A stretch of DNA of 63,975 bases, counting the filler, from Hyphochytrium catenoides (lineage: Eukaryota; Protista; Hyphochytriomycota): the NCBI GenBank assembly GCA_900088475.1. It is 10 parts of 10 records of this genome, joined end to end, with 100 filler letters (N's around TTAATTAATTAA, not from the genome) between each part and the next. Parts side by side here need not be neighbours in the genome. Positions count along the whole stretch, not along the records: positions 32,914 to 56,818 come from FLMG01000352.1; 9 more parts are not named here. One strand, written 5' to 3'. The notes below the pieces were generated by a model that was not told where the DNA came from, searched no databases, and was given only the letters and a program-made list of their open reading frames with translations. Position 1 is the stretch's first letter; each line of letters opens with the position of its first letter. Of the stretch, positions 35,143-47,561 are shown piece after piece. Position numbers and translations under genes: made by a program.

Positions 35143-37216
35143 TCACATCATTACCTTCTTAGCTCCTTCGGCGGCCCGCAAAGCACCCTCTAGTTCAGTT
35201 TCTGCTTGATCTCTTCCATCCTTGAGGGCCTTGATCAATAGCCTGGAAAGAGAGACTGGGTCCACCTCTTCGGCAGGCATACGTAGGACATCCGCGACCA
35301 GTCCAGCAACAGTAGTAGGGGAACCAGCCTTGCCATTGTTAGGATCCATGAAGAGTCTAAAGGACTGCGCTGCGTAAGGGTTTTGGAGGAGGTTGTCGAT
35401 CGCCTTTATGAGCTCAGTGTTATGCACAAAACTCTTCAAAAACTCCTCTTTTTTTTCTCGGTAAAGCTTACTCGCACCATCTAGAGTCGTGACCAGTTCT
35501 TCACCCAACGTGCTTCCCACACTTTGTGCTATGCTTCGTAGTAAAACCCGTCTCACGGGCGCTAGGACGGTCTTTCTCAAGTTCGTCATCGCAAAGACCT
35601 TCTTCATGACGAGCTCCCAGAGCTCTGCGGGAGATGGAATCTCTATCGGCGTCGCGGGGTCGGTAGTCACTGTCTCCGTGAGTTTCTTGTACTGTCCCTC
35701 AAACGACTGTTGGAAGGCTTCTAGAAACAAATGCCACGTGCGCAAGCCTATGACCTTGAAAATCGGCTCAAAGGCGTAAACACCCTGCCAACAAAGCAAG
35801 GGCACGCGGTTACGGGGGAAGCTGTCAGTATGAGTATAACCCTATTCCTAATCCTCTGTTCCTCACCTTGGCATTCTCCTCCGCAGCAAGTAGTGCACTG
35901 ACAGCCTCTTCCTTCATATTGTCTACAAAAGTGATGACATCCTCTTTTTTTGAGGGAGCACGAGCCATGAGCTTCTTCCACATTACTTCGAGAAGTGAAG
36001 CGGGCAGATCGCGACCAATATCCACGATAGCGTTGATCAACCCATCTAGGATGGGAGAAATAAGGACCCTTGGCATCTTGCCCATCGGCTGAAGAACTCT
36101 GTCCTTAGCAACCCTCAGCGGCTTTTGGATGAGATTAGCAGCCAACTCGTCCCCTGCTCCCCGAACGGTGTTTAGTAGAGGGAAACTGTCAGGGCCCCTA
36201 TCTAAGGTAATCATTACTTTAGCCGCTGCTTCACCTACAAAGGCTGCCACCCCTTTGGTTGGTTCTTGTGTGAACTCTCTCCCAAGCTGATCAAGGATCC
36301 TTTGAAAAACTTTCCATGTGACTCTAGAGGCCCATAACTTTGCTGCATCGTTCTCTGTTCGGGGTTTCATGACTGACTGAAGGCTGCTTTGTTCCCTCGT
36401 CCATGTCTGGGTTGCCAATGAAGGTGCTTCTTGTTCTGGAACTTGATCATTACGTCCTTTCAATCCATGTAAGGTAGATTCATCGACACCAAGTGTACTC
36501 TCCAGGGAATTAGGAGACGGCTCGGGCTCGACTTGTTGGCCAAATGGTCCGGGAGCCTCCTCCACTGAGGCTGGCAGCAGGTCATCAGAGATGGAGTTCT
36601 CTAAAGGGTTGTAGTCAGGAGCTGTTGCTTGCTCTCGCACGCTGCTGTCCCCAGCATCAGCGACTACGATTTGATCCCCTTGATGATGGGTACGAGGCGG
36701 AGAGAAGCCTCCGGATTGCTCGTGATCATGAGAGAAAACATTTGCGTCATGCGTCTTCTTCGCAATACGTGCCATGTGCGCAGTAGCGTCTGCTGGCCGC
36801 CGGGCCGTCTCTCGGTTGAAGTACGCCGCCGGTCGACGTGGAACATACCTACTCGAAGAAGAAAGCCCGGCAAGAAGTGGCCCTCTTTTGTCTTGATGTC
36901 CTGGTCGACCACGGGTACCCAAAAGAAGGCGCCTCCTTCCCTCTTGAGGCTGTTGGAATTCTACGTTTGTCTCTAGAGCAGCAATGTACTGCGACTTCGA
37001 ACCGGAAGAAGAAAGAAGAAGGAAAGAAGCGGGAGTGGAAGAGCGTGCCGTGATACTCGATAAGTTGTCTTCTGGTTGCACGTCTACCTCCGCAATAGCG
37101 AAGCCGAAGAGTATGACAAGATGCAAGAGGCTAAGCATTATAAGATACGATGCAAATGAAGGAGCAGAAGAGGAAAGGGACGACCGCGAAGTAGCTTTCC
37201 GAAACATGAATGCCAT
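35143..37216 (-). CDS. Hypothetical secreted or signal-anchored protein (about 660 aa); exons 37216-35867, 35784-35143
   Basis: Two long ORFs joined in frame by an 82-nt GTGAG..CAG intron. Hydrophobic leader YLIMLSLLHLVILFGFAIA, a GRRRLL motif, a disordered linker and a helical C-terminal half. Confidence 0.75.
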
Positions 37217-39323
37217 CTTAAGAAATCGGTCTCTTTCCTCTTTAAACCTTCTTGCTTCAAGGCCCACCCTATGCTTTGGTCCACGAAACGCGACGCGGCC
37301 AATGCTAAGGAAGACCGCCAACACAGGCCTCAAACGTAAACAGAGGGAACATGGTCACAGCAAAGAGCGGGAGATTTCCAACGTCGCCCGGATGACCATG
37401 CGCTACCAGCTATAGCGGTTGAAAGTAATGGGTTTGAGTGGAAAAAACGAAGTCATGCCCAGGCCAACAAGGGCTGAAATAGGGAATGGCAGGCCCAGTC
37501 CCAACGTCAGATTAATCTCCGGTATGGGCGCAGCGTCTTGTTATCGTCTTGCAGGTACCGGGATCATCTCTGTATGTGAAAGCGCTCCAGAAAAAGAGCC
37601 GGGAGCTGTCGAGGAAAGAACGACGGACCAGGAACAAGTATCTCGACTTACTTTAGGTGATCTGGGCCCTTCTGCCTCCAACACTGGCCTGTCCCCATCC
37701 TATAGAATTCCTGCTGTCGGCTAGCAGAATAAAGATCAATCACCCTCTGCATATCATCGTTCGTCTGTCATGACAGGAGAGGTACGGGAAGAGGTGGGGA
37801 ACAGATAGAAAATGGATCTGAGTACTACGGGAGAAGGCGAGAGCAGAAGAGAATGCAAACGAATAATTCCATGACCGACAATGGCCCCGATGATGGCCAT
37901 CGAACAGGGAGAGACGGAGGAGGGACCAGCAAGTCGAACAGCATCCATCAGAACAAACATGCTAACCGACCATATTTCTCTATTCTTTCAGCTATTCTTT
38001 CACCATCATCCCCTAAACGGAGGGAGAAGAAAGAGGACCTGACCCAGGGAGGGTGTGAGGACAGCGAAAAAGGAACAATAGGAGTGGAGAAAATGCCACG
38101 TTGTACAGAAGTTCCGCAGGTGTACAGGGTCATAATAGAGACGGAGCACGACCCGAGGTCCAAAGAGACAACCGGGAACAGGGAGTCAGTCCAAAGATTC
38201 TGCACGCCAAGCATGCTCAGCAAGACTTGTAGTCGCGGACATTCGGGACCGCCTTTGTTCTTTGTGCACTCCTGCGACTCCGTGTAGTTTACCTGTTCTA
38301 CGGCCTGAAAGAATGTCGACTTTGGGGACAAAGTGAGAAAAGGAGAGACAGGACGAAGACAATGAAAAAGAATGGCAAGGGGATGGAGACAGTTGACACA
38401 GAGTGAAAGAAACATGCCTGATGATAAGGCACGATAAGGGAGGAGGGGACTCCAGACAGAAACTGCTGGACAGGTTCGGAAGATCGGGAGTGGGCTGTCC
38501 GTCCTAACTTCCCTGATAGTTCCCTGTTCGCATCATAAAGAACCGTATCTTAGTCATAACTTGTCATGAAGAGGTTTTCCTTTCCAAAAAAAGTCGCGCT
38601 ACTCTCCGTCCAGATTCTGGTCGTCCTCCTGTCACCATTGCGGGCCCGTGCTTCTTGTCCCAACGCAGCCTGCCTTAGCTCCTGCCTCCTGGTTGTTCTA
38701 CTATTCTACACAATGTACTCGTGATCTGACGCGTACCTTTTAGCCTATGAGATTGCGTATAGAGCGAATCTAAAGATCCTATCATCTTCGGATAATCAAA
38801 ATAGTAATGGTAGTTCTACTATCCCTACTAGTCCTCTCAACATAACAATGCCTTAGGTTCGCTGTGAGAACACCGAACTGCAGGGGCTAATCCTTTACTA
38901 CTGTTTTACAACGAACAACGAATGCTCCAAAAGAATGGCGCCAGCAGTGCTGATGGTACGCCATTAGAAATTACTACGAGCTATAATGCAGAGCCTGTAC
39001 TTCGGGTCTGTACGAGATGAAGAGGTAGCTACTAGGAAACGAGTTTCTAAACCTCTGCGAGTCTTCCGTCTTTTGTTTATAAAAGAGTGTTGGATTCTTT
39101 CTTGAAGGTGCCAAGGACCTTGTCAGTGACCGGTGCCGCGACCAGAAAGGAGCTGGCCGACCTGCTGTCAGGAAGCTGTCAGTGAGCACAGGCCGCCAGC
39201 TCGTTCCTGACAGCAGGTCTGAGATGATGATGGAGCGACGAGAAGAAGAATAGACAAGTAGGATGGACAAGGAGTTCACTTTTATGACGGTGAGGCTGAA
39301 TGAGGCGGCCATTGGTGAGGTTG

Positions 39324-39377
39324 CCTCCGGACTATATCTTTCACGGCTATCCGCCGGACAACATCTTTCACGGCTAT
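39324..39377. repeat. 27-nt tandem duplication
   Basis: CCTCCGGACTATATCTTTCACGGCTAT followed by CCGCCGGACAACATCTTTCACGGCTAT. Confidence 0.85.
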
Positions 39378-42300
39378 TACCTTGAAGTTGGTGTCACTCA
39401 GCGTCTTGGTCGTTTGTTAACTATCAGCGCAGAAGGAGGTTTTCTTCTAAATTTATCAGAGTCTGCCTCAACCTATGTGGGCTATTAGGAGGAGTGGTGA
39501 TCACTCTGCTATGATTCTCAATTAACAGAGAGTTCTTTCTTCTCTGGCCTGTTGCCTTCTCCATCTCCCACTTTCTGCTCGTAGTGCATAAAATATACTC
39601 CGTCGCTTACTTCTTGAAAGAGTTAAATTGTTGTCCTCTTGGCTCCTCTCCTTCGTTGCAGCATATACCAGATAGTTGAGGCTAATTGCCCTGAAGCAGT
39701 GATATTGATGATGGTGCACATGGTACTGTATGGAAGAAAAGAAGAAAAAAGAGCAGCGACTCAGAAGCTAGATATCTCTATTCTGTTGCTCATCCTTCGC
39801 TGCTGCTGGTGGCTGGAGGCTGAACACTAAGAGGAACAAAAGCAGCGGCCAAAGAAGGAGAAGGAACCGCAAAGAAAAAACTTAGGGATCATCACTACCC
39901 TAACGCGGAGATTATTGTCCCTTCTCCTTCCGTGGCCGCGTTTATGTTCTTATTATTGCTTCTTGTTGCCATTCCTACTTGCCATCATGACCGCCAACAC
40001 CAATCCCGCGTCGCGTTGCAGTTGTCCTTGGATTAAGCGTTGAGGATCAACAAGTGATCCAAGGGTGTTCTCCGGCAGCTCCTTTTCAAGGCAACGAGAG
40101 GCTTTTGCACTGCCCTAATAATATCTACCCTCATAACGCTAGCCTTTATAGCGAAGGCTCCGCTCACGATAGGAGGTTAAATCCTCTTCTGCCGCGAAGC
40201 TATACTTAGACGGCGAGAGCAGCCAGGAAGAAGAGAGTGGCCAGAGAACAACAAAATTCTTCTCCGTTGCATGAACCGCCGCACAAATGCTGTCACCCAC
40301 AGTTGCGACACAGAAGAGCGATGCCAGCCTCTGCGATAGCTTGGTCATCCTCCCTAACCTCCTCTTCAACCCTCTCCCGCAGGAGAACTTGTTCTGGATA
40401 GGAGGGTATTGAGGTTAGGAGTGTTCCTCCAGTTGCACCCTGTCACTGGCCTCTTCTTCTTGGTTCGCTCTTCCTTCTTATTGATTGCTTGCTTCTCTTT
40501 TACTATGCTCTCAGTTGCTTTGGTGCCCTCTTACGGTTCGTCCTGTCCATCGTCGTCCTATCCTTTAAATCTGTTTTTTTTTCTGGACGGAGCTCTTTGT
40601 CGCGGTATCTTTCTGCATTAGGAGCATTTCACCTCCGAAGGCTGGGTACAGATACGGTTCTCCTCTCTCTCTCTTTTCTCCGGCCCACCACTCCCCTATA
40701 ATGGCATTATTAAGCGGCGTCTTCTGTTTTGTCTCTGCTTCCTACGGTTTCTCACTAACTGCCTTGATGGTCTACATGCTTCTCCTCCCCTCATGCCATC
40801 GTTATTATCGGGTCCGACAGGAGAAAATCTTTTTAGATTTTTAAGCTGACATTAAAGACCAAAGCAGGTGGTTTCAAAATCAGTGGAGAAAGAGTGCAAC
40901 GGGGACAGGAGGCAGAGCACTGGATGGGAAGGACAAAGGAAGAAAACAGAAATAATCCACCACCGTCTACCGCCGCAACATAATGGAAGAAAAATAGAGA
41001 TTATCAAGAGAGAAAGAGGAAGGGCATGCACGGAACTGATAGCAGTGGTGGCAAACGCAAAACCGCTTCGAGGGAACAGGGAGCGAAGGCTTAATAAGGG
41101 GGCCAAGAAGGGAGTACGGATAGATGCGGGAGAGTTAAGGATAGACAATGAAAAGGCAGATGATGAAATATAAGGAGCAGCTTATTATCTCATCAACCAT
41201 TTGCTCGTCGGTTTCTTCTGCTGTGAAGCTCCTCTCCAAGCATCAACCTTCTCTACGATGATTGGTCGAGAAGATTCGGGAGGAGGAGGAGAACGGAGAC
41301 ATGCATTGGCATGACCGTCTTAATACTTTTGTCAATCTTGACACACCCTTTTCTTGAATCCCGTCCTCCGCAGGATCCATCTCCCCAGGTCCTGGTTGCT
41401 GCATTCCGTCTAAGGGACGGAGGCCGATTGCACTTCTATGACATATAGGACCAGAAATCTTAGATCTCCCATCTCGCACAAGGATCAAGAAGAAAGCAGA
41501 GGAGACCGATGAGAGAGTGCCTTGGGCTTCCAGTTGGCCTAAATGGGCATTATCGCATATGAAGCATCAGCGGTGGACATTCCCTATTCTGCTGAAGTCG
41601 GCCTTGATGAGTTATTTGTTCGGTTATCATCAATGAGAAGCTGACCGGGAGCTAGGACAAAGTAGACCGACGATGCCATTATTATGACTATGAAAGAACC
41701 GACGGAACCCGCCGGAAGGCGGCATAGTAGACTTCTTGCTCGTATGAATACGTAACGACAATGGCGCGAACCAGTAGTAGAGTAAGGACATCAAAGAACC
41801 TAGGGACAAATAGGCCACGAAGGGGGAGGTTAATATTGAGGCATTTTTGCGACGGACAGGGGATGCTATGATGTATGTAACAGCAGATTGGTGGACTGTT
41901 CTGAATCTTCTGTTGCATGGAACTAAGAAGGCAAGAGGAAGCAAATGCTGCTTTATAAGTTCCATGCAGGCGGGGATGAGCTGGTGGCATCCTGTTGCAG
42001 ATTCAGGGGAAGGTAATCTCGACTACTTGCGAGCTGTTGGCAAGAGTTATGAAGCTGCAGCTCTTACATTGACCCGCACACCAATGCTCTCTGCGGAAGT
42101 GCTAAATCTCACAGCGGGGCCCTGCGGCTGCCTCGTAGGTCGTGGTGCTACTACCTCTTTAATGCTCGTTTTCTCTACCAACAGCTCTACCAACCTGCTG
42201 ACAAATAGGAAGGCCAAGGAGGGTGACGGTATTGGAAATGGATGTCAACTCCTGACTGATCATCTTGGCGGCGACGGATATTGCTGTTGCTGTTGGGAGG

Positions 42301-43567
42301 TATTCAGGCAACAAGTGTCCTGCCCTCTGCTATATTGGCCCTGCTTGGCGACGCGGCCACGTTGCTTCAATCAATCAAACGCCCCTATCCGACCACTCAT
42401 CCCCGACGCATGACACGTGGACACCGTGCCTTCTTGGTTCCTTCGCAGAGGAGTCCAGCATCAATAATTAGCCTCGCCACTTCACATAAAGGCCTTTACA
42501 TTGCAGCGGTTGCGGACTCCTAGATAGCTCAGTTCGCAGCCTGAACATTTACATGCTGTTTGGCTCAATCCTCCTCCAACTGTTATGATTCTCTGAGCTC
42601 CTAGTACATGAGGAGCTTGATTGAGTTGCTGCTTTGTGGGTGTTTGAGCTCATCAGACTCGAAGAAAGAACAAAACTTGTGCACTCAAGGCACTAAACGC
42701 TACCTCCTTTGCACCGCTTCCTCGTCAAAAGGCAGATCTGAAGCCTTTGCGTTTTGCTTTTCTTTCTTGCAGGGGTGATGTGCACAAAGGCTGTAGAGCA
42801 GCAGCTGGGTGCCTGGGGCAGTGGGGCAGTGACTTGTGGCGTCGGCGATGCAGAAGGGACAACCACTGCCGCAATAATCTATAAGGGATGGACATGAAAT
42901 AGCCCATGGCATTCTCCTGCTTGCCGCTTTTGCCTCTGGCTGGGAGCTCGAACTGGCGAAGAACAGCACGCTGATCACATGGATGACGGACCTTCATGTT
43001 CCCTATTTAACAAAGAAGAAGAACAAAGACAGGCCTGACCAGACAAAGGTTGTCCGAGCAACAGCAAGCGGAAGACAGTCGGTCAGAGCGTTGGTGGAAG
43101 GAGGGAAGTGCATCCTTGTACCTTGTTAAACACCAAGGGAAGCGGCTCCTTAGCTTTGGCGAGGAAAAGGAGGTAGTTGTACAGCACAGAGGGCACCTGA
43201 GAGAGTGTACGAGTACGAGCGGGGGAGAGGACAAGAACCTCTAAGAAATCCAGAGCCACGGCGGCCGTGGCACAAGGGTTTAGGGGGAAAGGCAGGAAGG
43301 CGGGCACCGGGAAGAGGAGAAAAGAAGGCGCTGGCAAGAGCTAACTGCCTAAGAAGGATGACTGCGTCTTACTACGTCCAGTGCTACGGTTTAAGAGACC
43401 AATTACTGCTTATGTCCCGCCTATTGTTATCGTTGTGGCTGTTCGTGGATTGGTCTATGTGAGGGAGAGGTACAAAAGCAGCGGAGAGAGGAGCGAGACA
43501 GAGAGAGAGTAAGTGTACCATTAGTGGACGAGAGAGATACGGACAATCGAGAGGATCTTGGAGTGCA

Positions 43568-43611
43568 CTGCTGTTGTTGCTGCTGCTCCTCCTACTGCTG
43601 CTGCTGCTGCC

Positions 43612-43646
<35 letters not shown>

Positions 43647-43667
43647 CCCTGCTGCTGCTGCTGCTGG

Positions 43668-43699
<32 letters not shown>

Positions 43700-43735
43700 G
43701 TGCTGCTGGTGCTGGTGCTGCTGGTGCTGGTGCTG
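43568..43735. repeat. (CTG)n/(CAG)n trinucleotide tract with GTG and CCC interruptions
   Basis: Directly visible. Confidence 0.95.
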
Positions 43736-44648
43736 TCACAAGCTCTGTCTCCTAATAAGGCAAGGTGGAGCTTTGATCATCCCGCTTGGCTGTGGGCTTC
43801 CTTTGCCAGTACAAAGGGGTGGGAAGACTGAAATGACTGGACTGCTCAACAGGGAAACATTGGACATGGGGAGGTATGGGGCGAAAGGGCAAAGAAGAAG
43901 AAGGAGAAGGGAGGTAATTGCTGGGGGAAAAGGTGAGGGAAGGAACGAGGTAACTTGATACTTCCCTTCTCAGGGTGCACTAGCAGACAGCTGCCTCCTC
44001 AATCAGAACAAGGCTGATCAGAAGCGCACAGGGATACCTCAAGGCCTTAGATAGCTAGGGAAAGAGGATAGAAGTTAGAGCGGCAAGGCCCAAGTTTGCA
44101 AGGTGCCAGGCCGTCAGCCATGCAAGGACCGATCCTGGACGGCGTGTAAAGCAGAACAGATCTGAGAATATTGGTTTGAGCAGGCCAGCCTCATTACATC
44201 GAGGGAAGTCTGCACAAAGAAGGCTTGTAGCTTCCTTTCCTAGGGATGACCCAGGGGAACAAAAGGGCATTGTACAAGCCAAAAGATCTTTTCTATCAAG
44301 AAAAAGAGACAACAAGAAAGTTCGGCGAAATGGCCTTGTTTCCTTCGTATCCTCAGTGTTCTCCTGCTTCTGTTCTCTCTTCTTCCGGAACAGTCCAGCA
44401 TGGGAGAGGAAGAACTGTTGCGCTTTCTCGTCTCTTCCCACTGTCTCCCAGATCCCACCGATGCCCTGTCGGCAGTCAGAGATGCAAGCCAAGCTCAATC
44501 TTCATTCCAAATTTTCCATTGCCAGCATCAAGAGATCAATCAGCAGCAATTCGAGACAAATTTCCCCATTATCTATCCTAATTTCTATCTTTGTTAATCC
44601 CTATTTCAAGACCTAGAGCCTGTCCTCTCTTTCTTTTACATCCCAACC

Positions 44649-47561
44649 ATGAGTGAATCCGATCTCCACAGAAAGCCAGTCATCGAGCTCCAGGAGCCTG
44701 AGCACGAGAAGACTATCGCTGAGAAGGTCGTCGAGACCGTCGCTCAAGGCGCAGACAGAGTCAAGGCTGTCCTTGTCCCTGCTGGCACGAACGCTGCAGG
44801 CCAACCTGAGCAGCAAGTGGCCGCCGTCGTGGTGGAGAAGGAGACCAGTGGTTGCCCACCTAGCAGCACTGCGACCACCGCCACCGCCCCAAGCACGACG
44901 GAGGGCAAGTCCATCACCCAGAAAGCCACAGAGACTGTATCTAGCGGTGCCAACTATGTGAAGGACTCTGCAAGCAGCGGTCTTGGCTATGTGAAGGACA
45001 CCGCCGCCAGCGGCACTCAGTACGTCAAGGAGAAAGCTACCGTAGGTGCACACTATGTGGCTGACACAGCCACTTCGGGCGCTCAGTACGTCAAGGAGAC
45101 GGCGGCTCATGGGGTAGAAGCGGTAAAGTCTACGGTGGCACCCAGCGGACAGACCACCACGACAACCTCAACCTCCACCACAACCCCAAGCGGCGAGCAC
45201 CAGAAGGGCGTTGTAGAGAAGGTTACAGAGACGGCAGCTAACGCTGTGAACTACGTGAAGGCGACCGTTCTGCCTAGCAGCACCACACAGAGCACCACTG
45301 CCAGTGGCACACCAAGCACCTCCACCCCCAGCAGTACTTCTGCGGACACGAGAACGCTAGGCGAGAAAGCTAGCGACACTGCAGCAGGAGCTTCTCAGTA
45401 CGCTCGGGAGACTATGGAAGGCGCTAAGGAGGGCGTCCGCGAATCTACTCCTTCCTCCGGCGCTCCTTACTACAGTGGCTCTACGACTTCCGGATCGGGA
45501 ATCTCATCCACCTCTCCTGAGGCTCCTCATGACAAGGGCGTGGTAGAGAAGGTCAAGGAGACAGTCTACAATGCCGCAAGCTACGTTAAGGACACCGCTG
45601 CAAGCGGTCTTGGCATGGCTAAGGACACCGCCGCCACCACCACGGAGTCTGCCAAGGAGACGGCTTCAAGTACCGCTCAGGTTGCTCAGGAGAAGGCAGC
45701 AGGTGCTTATCAGTATGTAGCAGACACCGCATCCTCTGCCTATAACAAGGCTGCTGATGTGGCTAGCTCCACCGCGCAGGCTGCCAAGGAAACTGCCTCA
45801 TCCACTGCGCAGTCTGCCAAGGAGACTGCAGGCGCCACGGCTCAATCTGCTAAGGAAGCCGCTGCTCGTGGCTACAATTACACCGCCGAGACGGCATCCA
45901 ATGCTGCTCAGGCTGCCAAGGATACCGCTGCTCGCGGCTACAACTATACGGCAGAGACCACCTCCAACGCCGCTCAGTCTGCCAAGGATAGCGCTGCTCG
46001 CGGCTACGACTACTCTGCAGACACCGCCTCCAGCGCTGCTCAGTCTACCAAGGAGACGGCTGCTAGCACTACCGAGAGTGCCAAGGAGACGGCCGAAAGG
46101 GGCTACAATTATGCTGCTGAAACTGCTTCCAGCGCAGCGCAGGCTGCCAAAGATACCGCGGCGCGTGGGTACAACTATGCGGCGGAGACTGCTGCATCCG
46201 GCTATGAGAAGGCCAAGGGTATGACGTCGAGCGCTGCTCAATCCACCAAGGAAACTGCCGCTAGCACCACGGAGGCTGCCAAGGAGAAGGCAGCGAGGGG
46301 CTACAACTACGCTGCTGACTCTGCTTCTCGCACTGCCGAGGCTGCGAAGGACTCAACAGCTCGTGGATACAATTACACCGCTGAGACTGCTGCTTCCGGT
46401 TACGAGAAGGCAAAGGACACCGCTTCTAGCGCTGCCCAGGCCACCAAGGATACGGCGGCAAGTGGTTACAATTATGCAGCAGACAGCGCTGCCTCCGGCT
46501 ATAAGAAGGCCAAGGACTCAGCCTCAAGCACCGCAGAGTCTGCGAAGGATACTGCTGCCAGCGGCTACAACTATGCAGCAGACAGCGCTGCCTCCGGCTA
46601 TAACAAGGCGAAGGACACTACTTCCAGCACTGCGCAGTCTGCAAAGGACACTGCTGCCAGTGGCTACAACTACGCTGCAGACAGCGCCGCATCTGGGTAT
46701 AACAGAGCACGAGACATCGCTGCCAGCGCCTCTCAGTCTGCCAAGGAGTCGACGCCTAGCGGTAGTGCGTACTCGACTACTGGAGATCGGGACGCCACCT
46801 CTCTTTATACTTCTGCACCAGGCACTCAGACCACCGGTAGCAGCTCTATGTACGGCACCAGCTCTTACGGTGTGACTGGACCAGGGGGCGAGAAGTCTAT
46901 GGGTGAGCGCGCCAAAGAAAACCTCGCGAGTGGTGCTCAATACGTGAAGGAGTCTGCTTCTAGCGCGGCGGACAAGGCAAAGGAGACGGCTTATGGCGCT
47001 TCAGAGACAGCAAAGGAAGCAATGGGAACCTCTGGACACACGACCACGAGGAACCAGGGTAGCAGCCTATCTTACCAGGGCCCACAGTCTACGGCTGAGG
47101 GCGGTCTGACCTCTTCCTCCCCTGCTGGTCTCTACTCCACAGGCGACAAGCCAACCACAGTTCTTGGTACTTCAGGCGTGACATCGGGCTCTCCTATGGG
47201 AGCTACTGCCCAGCCGCGATACATCGGAGAAAACCCAACCACCCACCGGACGACCACCAGCTATTATCCAGAAGCTAAGGGACAGCACTCCCACGAGCTC
47301 GGAGATCCATACAACACCCGCGGTGCCACCGTCACCACGATGTCTGCAGAGCAAGCTCGTCAAGAGTACGATACCACTCCAGCTGCTGCAGGCCAAACGC
47401 AGCCCCTCTCTGGCGGGGACAAGCTCAAGGAGAAAGTGAAAGAAGGCGCAAGAAAGGTAAAGGCTGTCTTCACTCCTCACGGTCATAAGGACTCTGAGAC
47501 CACTAAAGAACGTGAGCAGCACCACGGCGCTCGGACGGAGAACCCGGCGGCCCCGTTCTAA
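44649..47561 (+). CDS. Large group-3 LEA-like (LEA_4) repeat protein, 970 aa, intronless
   Basis: Long ORF with many 11-mer amphipathic repeats (TAQSAKETAAS, AAQAAKDTAAR, GYNYAAETAAS, GYEKAKDTASS) and A/T/S/K/E-rich composition. Synonymous variation between repeats indicates real coding sequence. Confidence 0.88.
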   Translation: MSESDLHRKPVIELQEPEHEKTIAEKVVETVAQGADRVKAVLVPAGTNAAGQPEQQVAAVVVEKETSGCPPSSTATTATAPSTTEGKSITQKATETVSSGANYVKDSASSGLGYVKDTAASGTQYVKEKATVGAHYVADTATSGAQYVKETAAHGVEAVKSTVAPSGQTTTTTSTSTTTPSGEHQKGVVEKVTETAANAVNYVKATVLPSSTTQSTTASGTPSTSTPSSTSADTRTLGEKASDTAAGASQYARETMEGAKEGVRESTPSSGAPYYSGSTTSGSGISSTSPEAPHDKGVVEKVKETVYNAASYVKDTAASGLGMAKDTAATTTESAKETASSTAQVAQEKAAGAYQYVADTASSAYNKAADVASSTAQAAKETASSTAQSAKETAGATAQSAKEAAARGYNYTAETASNAAQAAKDTAARGYNYTAETTSNAAQSAKDSAARGYDYSADTASSAAQSTKETAASTTESAKETAERGYNYAAETASSAAQAAKDTAARGYNYAAETAASGYEKAKGMTSSAAQSTKETAASTTEAAKEKAARGYNYAADSASRTAEAAKDSTARGYNYTAETAASGYEKAKDTASSAAQATKDTAASGYNYAADSAASGYKKAKDSASSTAESAKDTAASGYNYAADSAASGYNKAKDTTSSTAQSAKDTAASGYNYAADSAASGYNRARDIAASASQSAKESTPSGSAYSTTGDRDATSLYTSAPGTQTTGSSSMYGTSSYGVTGPGGEKSMGERAKENLASGAQYVKESASSAADKAKETAYGASETAKEAMGTSGHTTTRNQGSSLSYQGPQSTAEGGLTSSSPAGLYSTGDKPTTVLGTSGVTSGSPMGATAQPRYIGENPTTHRTTTSYYPEAKGQHSHELGDPYNTRGATVTTMSAEQARQEYDTTPAAAGQTQPLSGGDKLKEKVKEGARKVKAVFTPHGHKDSETTKEREQHHGARTENPAAPF

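Noticed and set aside
37400-43500. Scattered protein-like fragments with in-frame TAG/TGA, suggesting a non-standard genetic code
   Set aside because: All well-supported genes translate cleanly with the standard code and end at TAA, TAG or TGA; these fragments also have frameshifts, consistent with decay or non-coding DNA.
43521-43958. Poly-Ala, poly-Cys, poly-Leu or poly-Gln ORFs
   Set aside because: All frames are open because of the CTG repeat; no consistent stop-free gene model could be built around it.
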